Below, piece after piece: positions 48,833-60,566 of a DNA stretch of 64,000 bases; the first letter of the stretch is position 1; each line of letters starts with the position of its first letter. The notes under the pieces are model-generated. The model did no database searches. It had not been told where the DNA came from and worked only from the letters and a program-made list of their open reading frames with translations. The translations under genes and the position numbers were made by a program. Origin of the DNA: Macrostomum lignano (lineage: Eukaryota). The stretch is taken from the NCBI GenBank assembly GCA_002269645.1, contig NIVC01000089.1:744001-808000 (forward strand), given 5' to 3'.

Positions 48833-49416
48833 ATCTACATTAGATCCCGAATAGAATCCCTATACATTAGATCCCGAATAGAATCCCTATACATTAGATC
48901 CCGAATAGAATCCCTATACATCAGATCCCGATTCGAATCCCTATACATTAGATCCCAATTCGAATCCCTATACATTAGATCCCGATTCGAATCCCTATAC
49001 ATTAGATCCCGATTCGAATCCCTATACATCAGATCCCGATTCGAATCCCTATACATTAGATCCCGATTCGAATCCCTATACATTAGATCCCAATTCGAAT
49101 CCCTAAACATTAGATCCCAATTCGAATCCCTATACATTAGATCCCGAATAGAATCCCTATACATCAGATCCCGATTCGAATCCCTATACATTAGATCCCA
49201 ATTCGAATCCCTATACATTAGATCCCGATTCGAATCCCTATACATCAGATCCCGATTCGAATCCCTATACATTAGATCCCGATTCGAATCCCTATACATT
49301 AGATCCCGAATAGAATCCCTATACATTAGATCCCAATTCGAATCCCTATACATTAGATCCCGATTCGAATCCCTATACATTAGATCCCGATTCGAATCGC
49401 TATACATTAGATCCAG
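48833..49416. repeat. Minisatellite, 27-bp unit ATTAGATCCCGATTCGAATCCCTATAC, containing the palindrome GATTCGAATC
   Basis: About 21 copies between the 3' ends of DUR3 and the calpain-like gene. Confidence 0.96.
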
Positions 49417-49501
49417 ATATTCCAACTGCTATCCCACCTGGACTCAAAATGCCTACTTGCTATCATCAATCCCGAATGGCCGCAAGTCCTGAATTTATGT
49501 G

Positions 49502-52500
49502 TTATTCGTTTAGAACCGGCAGAAACTCGCGGCATCGAATGCACGCGTCCGGGTGGCCGCCGCCGTACTCGAAGCTGGTGTCCACAATGTTCTGGAACGG
49601 CATCAGGCGGCTGTTGCTGCTGGTGAACACCGACAGGCAGAAGTCGGCTTCGTCTCCTGGCACCCCGGTCTGCGGGAAATCACCGTTGTTCAGTTTCTTG
49701 GATAATAATAAATAATTATTCGCGCGGCGCATCTGAAGGCTGCGTACGGCTGTTCAGTCCAAGGACTGGGAGGTCGCCACACACCCTCAATCACCCCAGC
49801 CAATGCTGGCACCCATTTTACAGCTGAGTGAACTGAAGCAATGCAGAGTTAAGTGTCTTGCTTAAGGGACACAAATTGTTCCGAGTGGGATGGGGAATCG
49901 AACCCCCGACCTTTCAGTCGTGAGTCCGATGCTCTGACCACTAGGCTACCACCCCTACTTTAATACAGTTACAAATATAATAAAAATCCACCTGGCCCGC
50001 CTCAAAGCAGCCAGTTGTTGCAGTCGCCGAGTTTCTACTGAATTACGTCGGTTGTGAGTTGCTACCCTATCACAGCAAGGGTGAACTGTGAAGCTCAGAT
50101 TTTTAAGCTATAGACCGCGAGGTGCGGTCACACCTGTACCTGGTCACCTAACAGCGGGCAAGGCTCATTTCTATCCTACGGCACTAGCGACTGGCGGCTG
50201 GATTTTGTTACCTCGAGAATGATCAGAAAGGAGCCATTTTGGAGCACCAGCAGCTCGGTCACGGAGCCGGTGGTGAACACGGACCGGTGGGTCAACTGGC
50301 TGGCCATGTTCAGCCGACGCTCCAGCTGTTCGCGAATTTTCAACTCCAGCAGGTCGCGACGAGTCACCCGGTTGAGGTCGGTGTCGCTGATGGCGTAAAT
50401 CTTTGTTGTTAAGAGATCAGGACGGGAGCAGATTTTGGACTTCGGATTTTCGAATCGAATTGTTTTGGGCCACAAATAAAGCTATAAGCAAGGAGCAAAA
50501 GTTATTTATGCAAATCCAATGAAAAAACACATTTTCTTAAGAACTATTTCCTTTTGTAGTTTTATAAATCACCTTATTTGAGAAAAATTGTCACGGACAA
50601 AGATGTCGTCTAAGAATCTATTTTCTTCTAAAAGTAACGAAAGAACACAATAAAATACAGCCTTCACAAATATTATATATAGCAGGCATTCCCCCTATTT
50701 AAAAAGCATCCCCCAGACAGCAAGCATCCCCCAGACAGCAAGCATCCCCAGATAGCAAGCACCCCCCAGATGGCAAGCACCCCATATAGCAAACACCCCC
50801 CCCCCAGATAGCAAGCACCCCCAGATAGCAAGCACCCCCAGATGGCAAGCACCCCCATATAGCAAACACCCCCCCCAGATAGCAAACACCCCCCCCCCAG
50901 ATAGCAAGCACCCCCAGATAGCAAGCACCCCCAGATGGCAAGCACCCCCATATAGCAAACACACCCCCCCAGATAGCAAGCACCCCCCAGATAGCAGGCA
51001 CCCCCCAGATAGCAAGCACCCCCCAGATAGCAAGCATCCCCAGATAGTAGATATAGATTTTCCTGACAGCCGATTATACAATTTTGAGATTTAAAAAATT
51101 GCGGATTCTTATCAGGCGAAAACATTAAGGAAGGCGACTAACTAAACTACAATTACAGATGCATATGAAAGTAAAAATTAGGCATGGGAACAAAGTTGAT
51201 TCACCGTAGAGGATTATAGATGCTGATGACTTTCCTAAATAGGCTTATGGATATAGGTGATTAGAGAGACAGGTAATTATCCAAATGATAATTAAGGATG
51301 CATGTTCTTACTAAACTTGTCTATGAAATTTCTCACTATGCTCAGTGGACAGTTCAAGACAGAGCAGTTCAGCGGTAGACGCGTCTGGTTCGATTTGGGG
51401 CTTGTGTGCGAGAAAATTGGCTGTGGGTTGTCTTGCGAGTCACAGTCATGAAGGCCAATCATCAAGGCACAGAGAGTGCACATGCCTGACGATTAGAAAG
51501 TCAATGGGCAGCTGTACACCCTGTGTGAGCGTGTGTGTGAGTGCGTGCCTGCGTGCAGTATTGGCGCGCTTGTGTGCTCAGGAGTCGGCGGAGTGGGTAG
51601 AACTGCATCACCGCTGGCTGTGGGACAATGTCACCGAGGGCGTTACGCAAGGGTGCCCGCAGACCTGCTGTCAATATTAATTTATACGGGTGTATAGTGG
51701 TTAAGCTCAAAATAAATAGTTCATCGCGGGCCCACACCTGCATCCTGGCTGGGATTTTGTTGGCCCTCTTCCACTGCACGGACGCCTGCCGCAGGGTCAG
51801 CGCCACCAGGATCGGGTGCTGCTTTGTCGGTGCCCACAGCTCCAGCACAAATTGCGGACTGGTGCAGCTCTGCTGCTTTCGATTGCCAGTAGCCAAAGAG
51901 TTTTTGCCGCGCACCCAGCTGCTGGAGATTCTGGTTGACATCCAGGGCATCAGGTTGAGGCTTATCAGATCCTCCTCGGCAGTTGGCGGCACGTCCTGGC
52001 CAAAGAAGCACATGTCGATGTGGCTGAAATGACTCAGCAGATAGGCGGCCGACTCCCAGAGCACGCCGCGTTCCTTGAATACGGGGTCATCGCTCATGTC
52101 AAGCAACGTCTGTTCGTCGCGATCGTTAGCTGTTTCGATGGTGACGGTTGACTTTTCCGGATAGCCATACTGGCAGCGCATGGCCTGCGCTAGCGGGGTG
52201 CAGCAGACCCGACGGACCAGCAGCTGGGTGGAAGCGAGCACTTGAAAGTCCGTGAATCTGCGAACAGAGCCCGAGTCACTGGACTGCATAGATCGGTGGT
52301 GAGCGGGCTGCTTTTTAGACTAGCTGATTGCATGGAGGAGAGCATGATTAACGAGCTGCCTACCTTCGCCGGCTTTTGTGTATCCGATACGTCGAGGTAA
52401 TCTGTCGACTGAGAATTGGTTGACAAATTGATGTGCAACAGAACCACTAAACATTAGAAGATTCATTCCAAGGAGCTACCAGTTCCATATCTTTATAATG

Positions 52501-53975
52501 TTTGCCAAGTTTAATTTGAGAATTACAAATATTACAGTGAAAACTTATTGTCTTTCTGCTTCAATTGGTCTCTGAATGCAGCTTGTGAGAACAAGCTTTT
52601 TGTTGTCTACTCGCTACGCTTGCGAAGAACCCGAATATCGCCTTTGGCAGCAGTCTTATATGCATTTTCACACATTGCTTCTATGAGAAATTTCGTCACA
52701 TATTTACTAAATTAATGCCGCACCTGTTTGAACGCCAGCACCACGTAGACATCGTCAGTCCTGTGCAGCATGCAGCCAGAAGGACACGAACGCAGAGACG
52801 ATTCGCCCTCCTGGCGCAGGAAGACGATACTGTCCCGCTGCATGACAGTCAGGATGCGCAGCAGAGTAGTAGCCTGTTGGCCCAGCTCGTCCGTGATGCG
52901 CCGGCTGATCACTTCGCAGCCTGCGTGCAGCAATTTCAGTCTATACTGTCTACTGACAATACGTGATTGCTCAGTGTAGAATATAAGAATACAAATTAAA
53001 GCATCAGTGTCAATCGACGTTCTACGAGGTACATTCACTCGTTTCAGATTTCTGCTTTTCCTTCCAAATTGATGCAAAGGGGCGGTGTTGGAAGTGGTTG
53101 ACTCTTGACTGCTTCTTATTGCAAAGCTTCAATCAGTTTTTAGTTAACACAAAAAAGGACTATCAGACATTGAAGATTTGAAGACAGGTGCAGAAACTCA
53201 CCCATTAGCATGGAGATGGCGCTCTCAAACGTTAATGAGCGAAGCGCACAGTAGGAGCCAAGCAATTTCGCCACCGCCTTCTCCAAGTAGTAGGGCCACA
53301 GCTCCAGCTCGTTCTTCTGCGGCTCTGCCAGACTCATGTAGCGCGGCTGAGGCCCAAGAAGGCGTCGTGTCTGCTCCTTTTTATTTACCTCCAGGTAAGT
53401 CATCATGTTGCCAGCGATAGACACCATTGGTAAAATATCGTCAATGTAAACGTCCTCCCAGCGGCCGCACGACCACAGACGGAAGCGCATGATGTCGTGT
53501 CGAGTCACGCTTATATTGACTGGCAACAGGCGGGCCAACAGCGAGGGAAACTCCAGCAGGCAGTTGGCTGCAATGGACAGCCTACAGGCCGAGCCGTCGT
53601 GGCCAGGACAGGAGAAATACATTTGGCGGCGAATGCCAGTGTGAGGCAGGGAAAATGCCACGTTGATGCCCAACTTTTGAAAGTCATTCTCGTCGGCATC
53701 TCGCAGCATCTAATAAATTAGAAAATATGAATTTGTCAGGCAACTTTTCTGTTTTCTTTTCTGTTACAGATAGAACTCACCGGCTCAAGACGTTGCCACT
53801 GTACCGGATCGTTTGTGTCCAGTACGAATGCCGAATCGGCATAGTGGGCAGTCCAGACATCTTGCAGCTCGGCGAGAATTCCATCGCTCTCATTTTCGGT
53901 CAGTAGCATTCGTGGCAGTCGCTTGCATCTGCGCTTATCAAGTGGCATCATGTCGCCTCTTGTTATAATCTCCAT
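49502..53975 (-). CDS. Atypical calpain-like protein (CysPc plus domain III, no penta-EF hand), ~612 aa
   Basis: Phase-compatible exons 53781-53975, 53202-53709, 52724-52920, 51738-52319, 50212-50400, 49502-49669. CysPc motifs: FRLWSCGRWEDVYIDDILP, NELELWPYYLEKAVAKLLGSYCAL, GVLWESAAYLLSHFSHIDMC. Domain III motifs: WVRGKN...SPQFVLEL and PGDEADFCLSVF. A further upstream exon near 54760-54910 is possible. Confidence 0.8.
49726..49954 (-). mobile_element. SINE family B copy
   Basis: Matches 61933-62191, including GGGAATCGAACCCCCGACC and CCACTAGGCTAC. Confidence 0.75.
50706..51048. repeat. C-rich minisatellite, ~18-21-bp unit CCCCCAGATAGCAAGCAC; calpain intron
   Basis: Tandem copies with variable C runs. 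Confidence 0.92.
51360..51640 (+). mobile_element. Diverged SINE-A-related copy, in a calpain intron
   Basis: GGTTCGATTTGGGGCTTGTGTGC head region and GCTGTACACCCTGTGTGAG body; a related head lies on the minus strand at ~62340-62490. Confidence 0.55.
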
Positions 53976-54180
53976 GCTGCACGATGAGTATTAAGCTGCT
54001 GTCTATCAATTCCTGGTTTTCTTAGTCAGCTGAGATTAAGTACTTCAAATTTTAAAGATTATAGATTTTCGAAGGTTAGAATGCGTATAATATAGCAACT
54101 ATAAGTAGTCGTACACGAAGTCATAAATGGACATGGGCCATAAACTATTTTTTGTATTTATATCATTCACTTCGCTTGTC

Positions 54181-54198
54181 TGCACACACACACACACA

Positions 54199-54248
<50 letters not shown>
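54181..54248. repeat. (CA)n microsatellite
   Basis: Directly visible. Confidence 0.95.
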
Positions 54249-54253
<5 letters not shown>

Positions 54254-55552
54254 ATTATCTGTGGTCTGCAAGACAAAATCCGAATTCAGTCGGGGGAATA
54301 CACGTACGGATGAGTTGGAACTATTCTATAATTACATTGTAATTATACTTTTACCCAGACGCAATGAAAAAATATTTTGGCCATTATTCCACAGTTTTGA
54401 TGTGTACCATAGACATTTGGATTGAAAAAATCCATCGCTCAGTATTTTTGTTAATAAATACAGAACAACAAGAAGTAAATGAACAAAAAGTAAAAATCAT
54501 TAAAACTAAAGTACCAGCTACACGAAAAGAGTTAATAATAAATGTCACAGCTGTGCAGTTTATCAGTGTAGTCGAAATTTGACAATGTAAAAATCAATTT
54601 GTCACCCAAAGTGAAACATGCACAGTTCTCAAAGCCGCAGTTTCCAACGATGCTCGACACTTTGGCCTGATGATTTGGCACTGCAAAAGGAGTTGGTCTA
54701 TGTTGAATGTTTTCTATGAAAGAGAAATACAGGTGCTCAAGTATAGTTGCCGAACTTACCATTTGATTTGAAAGATGCACGTCTTGGTTAAATTGGCATG
54801 CGACTGATGAGCTTCGTCTGATGAGCTTCTTTGGTACCGCAGTATCCAAGCTGGGATTCTTTGGGACTGTCGGCTGCTCGACAGATTCGATTGGCCACTT
54901 TCAGGCATCGTTTATAGCCGTCGAGGCGTTGAAGACTGCATGGTCGCGTTTTCTTCCTAGGTAGCGCCGCACGGTTCGTTCAGTGGTCGACAGGAAGATT
55001 TTTTTCAATTAATAAGCGCGGCTGTTTGACGAGATGCACTATAGCCATAGTTGTTTGACAAGACAAATAGCTTTTTCTCCCACTACTCGCTTTCCTGATT
55101 TCTTGCAAGACGCAAGCAAAATCAGCACTCATCACAGTGTTGTCTATGGTCAAACTAAGCCACACAACTCAGTCGTCCATGAATAAAACAACTCTTAAAA
55201 CAGCCAATTGAAGCATGATAAAAAGTGTGGAATAATGACAGCGACAAAAGTGTGGAATAATGGCCGCAAAAGTGTGGAATAATGACTGAGCGCTGAGTGA
55301 AAGTATAAATACAATGCACTTGTATAGTATGCAACTGAGTTGAATAATGGCCAAAACTCGAGTGCGCGTAGCGCGTACCATTACTGCCCCATGTCGTGCT
55401 TATGGTCAGCGAAGTGACTTGCAGATACGCCTGTAAATATAATACGAGAATTGAGTCACAAAATTAAATTATCTGTGTAAGGCAGGTAACAGAAAGATTG
55501 AGAAAAATTCGCACTGCTCTACATTTACATGTAGTACACTCTATAATATCTA

Positions 55553-55788
55553 TCCAGTACAACAATAAAACTTCGGCGACGTCTTGCCGACGTTCCCGAC
55601 GTCCATTCAACGTCGATCTATCGATGTCGATGATATATGTGCTTTTATATTACATTTATAAATATTGACGGATAACGATGTCATACGCCGGCTAAACGTC
55701 GGTGAAATGCATAAGTACATATTTGTTAACAACGTCAATAGACGTCGGGAATGTCCACCGACGTCGCCGACGTATTGCTGTACGGGCC
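55553..55788. mobile_element. Degenerate MITE rich in GACGTC palindromes
   Basis: Left CCAGTACAACAATA...CGGCGACGTC...TTCCCGACGTC versus right GACGTCGGGAA...GACGTCGCCGACGTATTGCTGTACGGG. Confidence 0.55.
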
Positions 55789-56548
55789 TGTACATGACCT
55801 AATACGGGCACACCTAACTCGTACACATGTTTGCTTGCCTATAGAGTACAGTATACATATAGGCCATGCATCCGTCACGATAAAAACTATATTTTATAGA
55901 TGAATACAATTGTGCATAAAATATTGCAATGCCTATTTGCATGTCCGCATGCACACACCTACCTAGCAATTATTGTACAACTTCAGATACGTATTTAGAG
56001 TCCATATAGATTAAATACAATATTTAGTAATTTTTGAAGTTTCTTATTATGTTTCTCATTCATGCATTAGTAGCATTAGTGACTTATCTTTATTCTCGTT
56101 TAAATTTCCACATAATCTCTGTGCATTGTACATATATTTCTAAAGGCTCGTTCACAAAGCCGGTCCATCACATAACAGCCATGAATTATAAAACTGGAGC
56201 AAATGCTGCAAAGTTAAGTATTTTTCGTTAACAGAGAATTTTCAGCCATTTGAATGAGCCAGAGAGTTAAAAGACAAAATATTCATGCAGATATAAAAGT
56301 AATTATAGCCATGCGATGTGCATGCTATGTGCATGCGAACTATAGTAGCTAGCATGCACGCCTTCAAATACGATGATAATTACATTTTGTGATGCAAACA
56401 CAATCCTAGCCAATTTAGATAATTCAACGCAAAGGTGGGGCCTACGTTTTCAATTTAGTCAACTACTTTATTGGCATTATACATTAAATAATTAAACCAC
56501 CTCCAATTCCGAGAGTTTGTTAATTTTCGACTATCCAATGAATTAAAA

Positions 56549-57234
56549 GGCAGTGCTTATTTAGCCGGCACCGGTCGAATAAGTTCGCTACTATTTAGCC
56601 GGCACCGGTCAAATAAGCCCGTCACTATTTAGCCGGCAGTCCTGCCCCACTGCCGGTCAAATAAGCCCGTCACTATTTAGCCGGCAGTCCTGCCCCACTG
56701 CCGGTCAAATAAGCTCGTCACTATTTAGCCGGCAATAAACAAATTTAATGCTACGATTCGTAGCAACTACGATATAAGGATATAAGGAACTACGATTCGT
56801 ACGACAGAAACTAAAGTGTCTGTAGAAGTGTCTGAATAAGTGTCGGCGAATGTTTAATACGTCCTAGTTGTGGGCCCTGGCCATACTGTACATGTATACT
56901 GTCTGTAGCACACGAGAGGGCAAGGATCGCTTGGATGAATGGGTTATAGCTTATTAATTTGACCGGCAGTGGGGCAGGACTGCCGGCTAAATAGTGACGG
57001 GCTTATTTGACCGGCAGCAGGACTGGGGCAGGACTGCCGGCTAAATAGTGACGGGCTTATTTGACCGGCAGTGGGGCAGGACTGCCGGCTAAATAGTGAC
57101 GGGCTTATTTGACCGGCAGTTGGGCAGGCCTGCCAGATAAATAGTGACGCGCTTATTTGACCGGCAATGGGGCAGGACTGCCGGCTAAATAGTGACGCGC
57201 TTATTTGACCGGTGCCGGCTAAATAAGCACTGCC
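56549..57234. mobile_element. Non-autonomous Mutator/Foldback-like element (686 bp)
   Basis: TIRs GGCAGTGCTTATTTAGCCGGCACCGGTC / GACCGGTGCCGGCTAAATAAGCACTGCC, ~49-bp subterminal tandem units in each arm, and an exact 9-bp TSD GAATTAAAA at 56540-56548 and 57235-57243. Confidence 0.9.
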
Positions 57235-58099
57235 GAATTAAAATGCACCAAATCAAATACCGTCAATTTAGTAACTTGTAATTTTATGTGGACTGTAATA
57301 ATACTTTTGTACTTGAATTATAATTATATTTTTGTCGCTTATAGTTTCAGACTTTTAGATCCTACTATTTGTAGAAAATTATTCACTGTTTAAAATGATA
57401 TGTATTTCGGTCGATTTTATCACTTGATTTGCAAAACCTAAAAGTAAAACAGATGTCATGTCATCAACTAGGCAATGCAAGATTTTGTCCTTAAACTTCA
57501 TTTTTTATATAGATAGGCCTAGCTAGACCTACTGGTACTGCTGAGGCGGTGAGGTCTAACACATTTATTATATATTCTGTATGTTCTAGACTATAATTTG
57601 TGATTTATTTCAAGTTTTTTTAGTTCTTTAACTTTGAATTAATTTTGTCTAGTCTTCTAGGTCCTAGGCCTAGTACTTTTATTAGTGTATTTTAAAGTTT
57701 GTGTTGATGGCCTAGCTATGTGTGGTTTGTTTTAAATTTTATTAATAACCATGGTTAGGTTAAAAAAGTTATTTAATACAATTTGAAGTTACTTTTTAGT
57801 ATTTATTTTATTTGATAAATATCATTTTCCTAAGTAAAAAGACTCAAAGGGCCTTTAATTTTGAAAATTTGTCTAATAATAAAAGTAGGCTTAACATCTT
57901 TTTCATTTTTTAATTTTTTATAATGTTTTTTGCCTATCTTTAGACATTATACTTAGGCCTATACCAGGATGGAATTCTTGTATTTCTTAAGTTAAACGGA
58001 ATTATGCGATTTTTTTATGGTACCCAAAATATTTTTTATTGGTTGCATTTTTTATTTTGGTACTTAGCACGTCGCAAAATGGTAAAAGTAATCAATAAG

Positions 58100-58752
58100 C
58101 AACAACAACAACAAAATACGCGGCCCCGCAAGCAAAGTCAGTTAGAGCAGGGCGCGTCAGATGGCGCGCCGCAGAGCCTGGGAGCGAACGAAATCCGCTC
58201 CGTTGGCAGTGTCGGGCGCCCCAGCGTCGCACAGCAGGCAGTCCACGTATCAATGGGTTCGGGCCTGACCCCGCCTGAACGGGCCCTGCAAGGTGAGCAG
58301 CAGGACGTCCTGAACGGGTTGGGGGCAGTAGCCCTCGGCCCGGATCACGTGGCCCGCCAGTTGGAGTCGCCGTCGGCGCAAGATGGTGGACGGGCGCTGC
58401 AGCTTGGCCCGATCGTACAGGGCCTCGGTCCCGACGCTCTCGTCAGCTCGAAAGGCCGCACGGAGCAGCCCTGAGTGCGCCGAGTCCAGCTGCTGCTCCA
58501 GCGTAGCCGTCAGCGTCCACGTCTCGGCGTTGTAGAGCAGGACGGTTTCGACCACCGCCTGCCACAGCCGAGCCCTCTGGCGGTCGGGCAGCGCTTCGGA
58601 CTGGAGGACGGCTCGGATCGAACGAAAGGCCGCCCAGGCAAGTCCTCTGCGCCGCCGGAGGTCTTCTTCCACGTGGGGCACCAGACTGCCGAGGTAGGTG
58701 AACCGCTGGCAACGTGCGAGCCTGGTCGTCTGCCCATCTGCGCCGGAATCAA
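58100..58752 (-). mobile_element. 5'-truncated RTE-clade LINE fragment (RT thumb/C-terminus and (TTG)n tail)
   Basis: FTYLGS...DLRRRRGLAWAAF...RARLWQAVVETVLLYNAETWTL...LRRRRLQLAGHVIR is the typical RTE C-terminus; a (CAA)n tract on the + strand at ~58100-58112 marks the tail. Confidence 0.85.
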
Positions 58753-60114
58753 TAAGACAATAACGAAAAATGCATTCTAAGAAAATGTATTGATTTGAAT
58801 TTTCGTCCAAATACGTATGTTAGAGAATGTTACAAGTTTCTACTTTTTATAGAATTTTTTCGAATTTTACTTTTGTGCCTTATTTAGTTTTTACTTTTTA
58901 TTCTTTTTTTGTTCGTGATCTTAGCTAGTAGGATTGTCTTTTGCAAAATCCAATATCTCAAGCGCACTTTTGCATATATTAAGAATAAGTAATTTTGTCT
59001 GAAATTCTGCGACACATTTTTCCAGATTTTTTGACGCAAAATCGCAATTTTTTCGCGCAATCGCATAATGCATTGTGATTTTTCTGCAAGAATTCCATCC
59101 AAGGGCCTATAGCCTATAGGCCCCCTAGTCATTGAAGAAAAAATCCCGGGACTATTATAGTTTTTATTTTTACAAAAAAGTATTATTAATATGAACATAA
59201 TTGGGCCAAAAACTAGTTTATTATACTGTGCTAATTTCCATTAAAGTTCCCCACATTGTGTGGTTACCTTTTAAATGCTGCATTACAGGTTTGAATGTGA
59301 AATTTATTCCAATGTAAATTTTGATACATGATTAGCTTCTTTACTACTAATTAGTACTTTTATACTACTTACTTAAATACATCACAAGATACTGTTGTTT
59401 TTTATCTACAAAAAGATCATTATCTCTAATAACAAAAAAAGGAAGCAAAAAATATCTTTAGCACATATTTTTGCCTTAAAATTTCAACCCAAAAGCTTAA
59501 AAATCTGTATTTTTCTGATCCTGGGATCCTAGGATTGGCCAAATTCTGGGATTAAATCCCGGGATCCTAGAATCACAAAAAACAGGGATTTTGCAATCCC
59601 TAATGCCATACCATGCTATGCCACTATCAAGCTGATCCATGCTAGATGTCATTTACTAAAATGTATAGGGCCTATATGTTGCAAACTAAAATTTATACAA
59701 TATTGATATATCCTATATGATCTCTAATATACTCATAGCTATGGTTAGTTTTGTTGTTTAATGTCAGAAAAAAATCAAGTATGTATACTAGCTGTTTATA
59801 ATGACTATTTATAATTCTTGTTGCCAAATTTTAAAGATTTAGTTTTTAAATAATAAGAAAAGGCTTATGGACTAGCTACCTAGAGTCTTTTTGGTTTAGT
59901 TATTTAACAAGTCTAAATTTAATCTTGGAATTACCATTTTACAAACCTTTATTAAGGTGATTTTATTAATGAGTAAACTCTGATTGTTTAGTTCTCTTGG
60001 AATTGATATTTCTAACGCTTGTATTGTACACAATGTACAGCATACACATTTTTTACCTAACTGGCAAAATAATAAGATTAAGCCATTGGTTTTACTTGGC
60101 TGTATCTGCTACTA

Positions 60115-60400
60115 CAGGGGTTGGCAAAAATTTTAACCTCAAAGGCCAGCTAAATAATCTTTAGATCATACTGCAGGCCAGATGAGAGAGCAAAGGGAAT
60201 AGAGTCGAGAGAAGAGGGGGAGATGAGAAAAGAAAAAAAGAAGAAGAGAGTAGGGAAGAGGGATGAGAGGAGAGAGCAGAGGATCCGGGCGAGGAGAGAG
60301 GAAAATAGAGAAGAAGGGAGAGGGAACTCAGAAAAGGCAACTATGAGCTGGCCAGATTGCTATTGTAAAGTTTCAAAGGACCCGAGGGCTGAAAGAAAGG
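60115..60400. mobile_element. Partial copy of the hAT-type MITE
   Basis: Starts CAGGGGTTGGCAAAA and shares GGCCAGATGAGAG plus a GA-rich interior with 28807-29057; right TIR not seen. Confidence 0.5.
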
Positions 60401-60566
60401 CTTTGTATGAATATTGTTTATTAGAGATTTAACCTAAGAATTTAATAGATGGACAGTAAAATCTACTGGACTACTTGCAGTAGAGAGAGCGTTAAAATTT
60501 TCGCTCATAGAAACTTCTCAATTCAATTGATGGCCCTATCTGCTTAGTTTGAGAACAAAGCCAATT

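Noticed and set aside
46823-49492. 414-aa (TSRLQQADFNKQ), 239-aa and 196-aa repeat ORFs
   Set aside because: They arise from the 14-bp and 27-bp tandem arrays and show no codon-level constraint.
52190-52447. Small extra calpain exon near 52361-52398
   Set aside because: It would shift the next exon out of frame; direct splicing from 52724 to 52319 preserves the calpain motifs.
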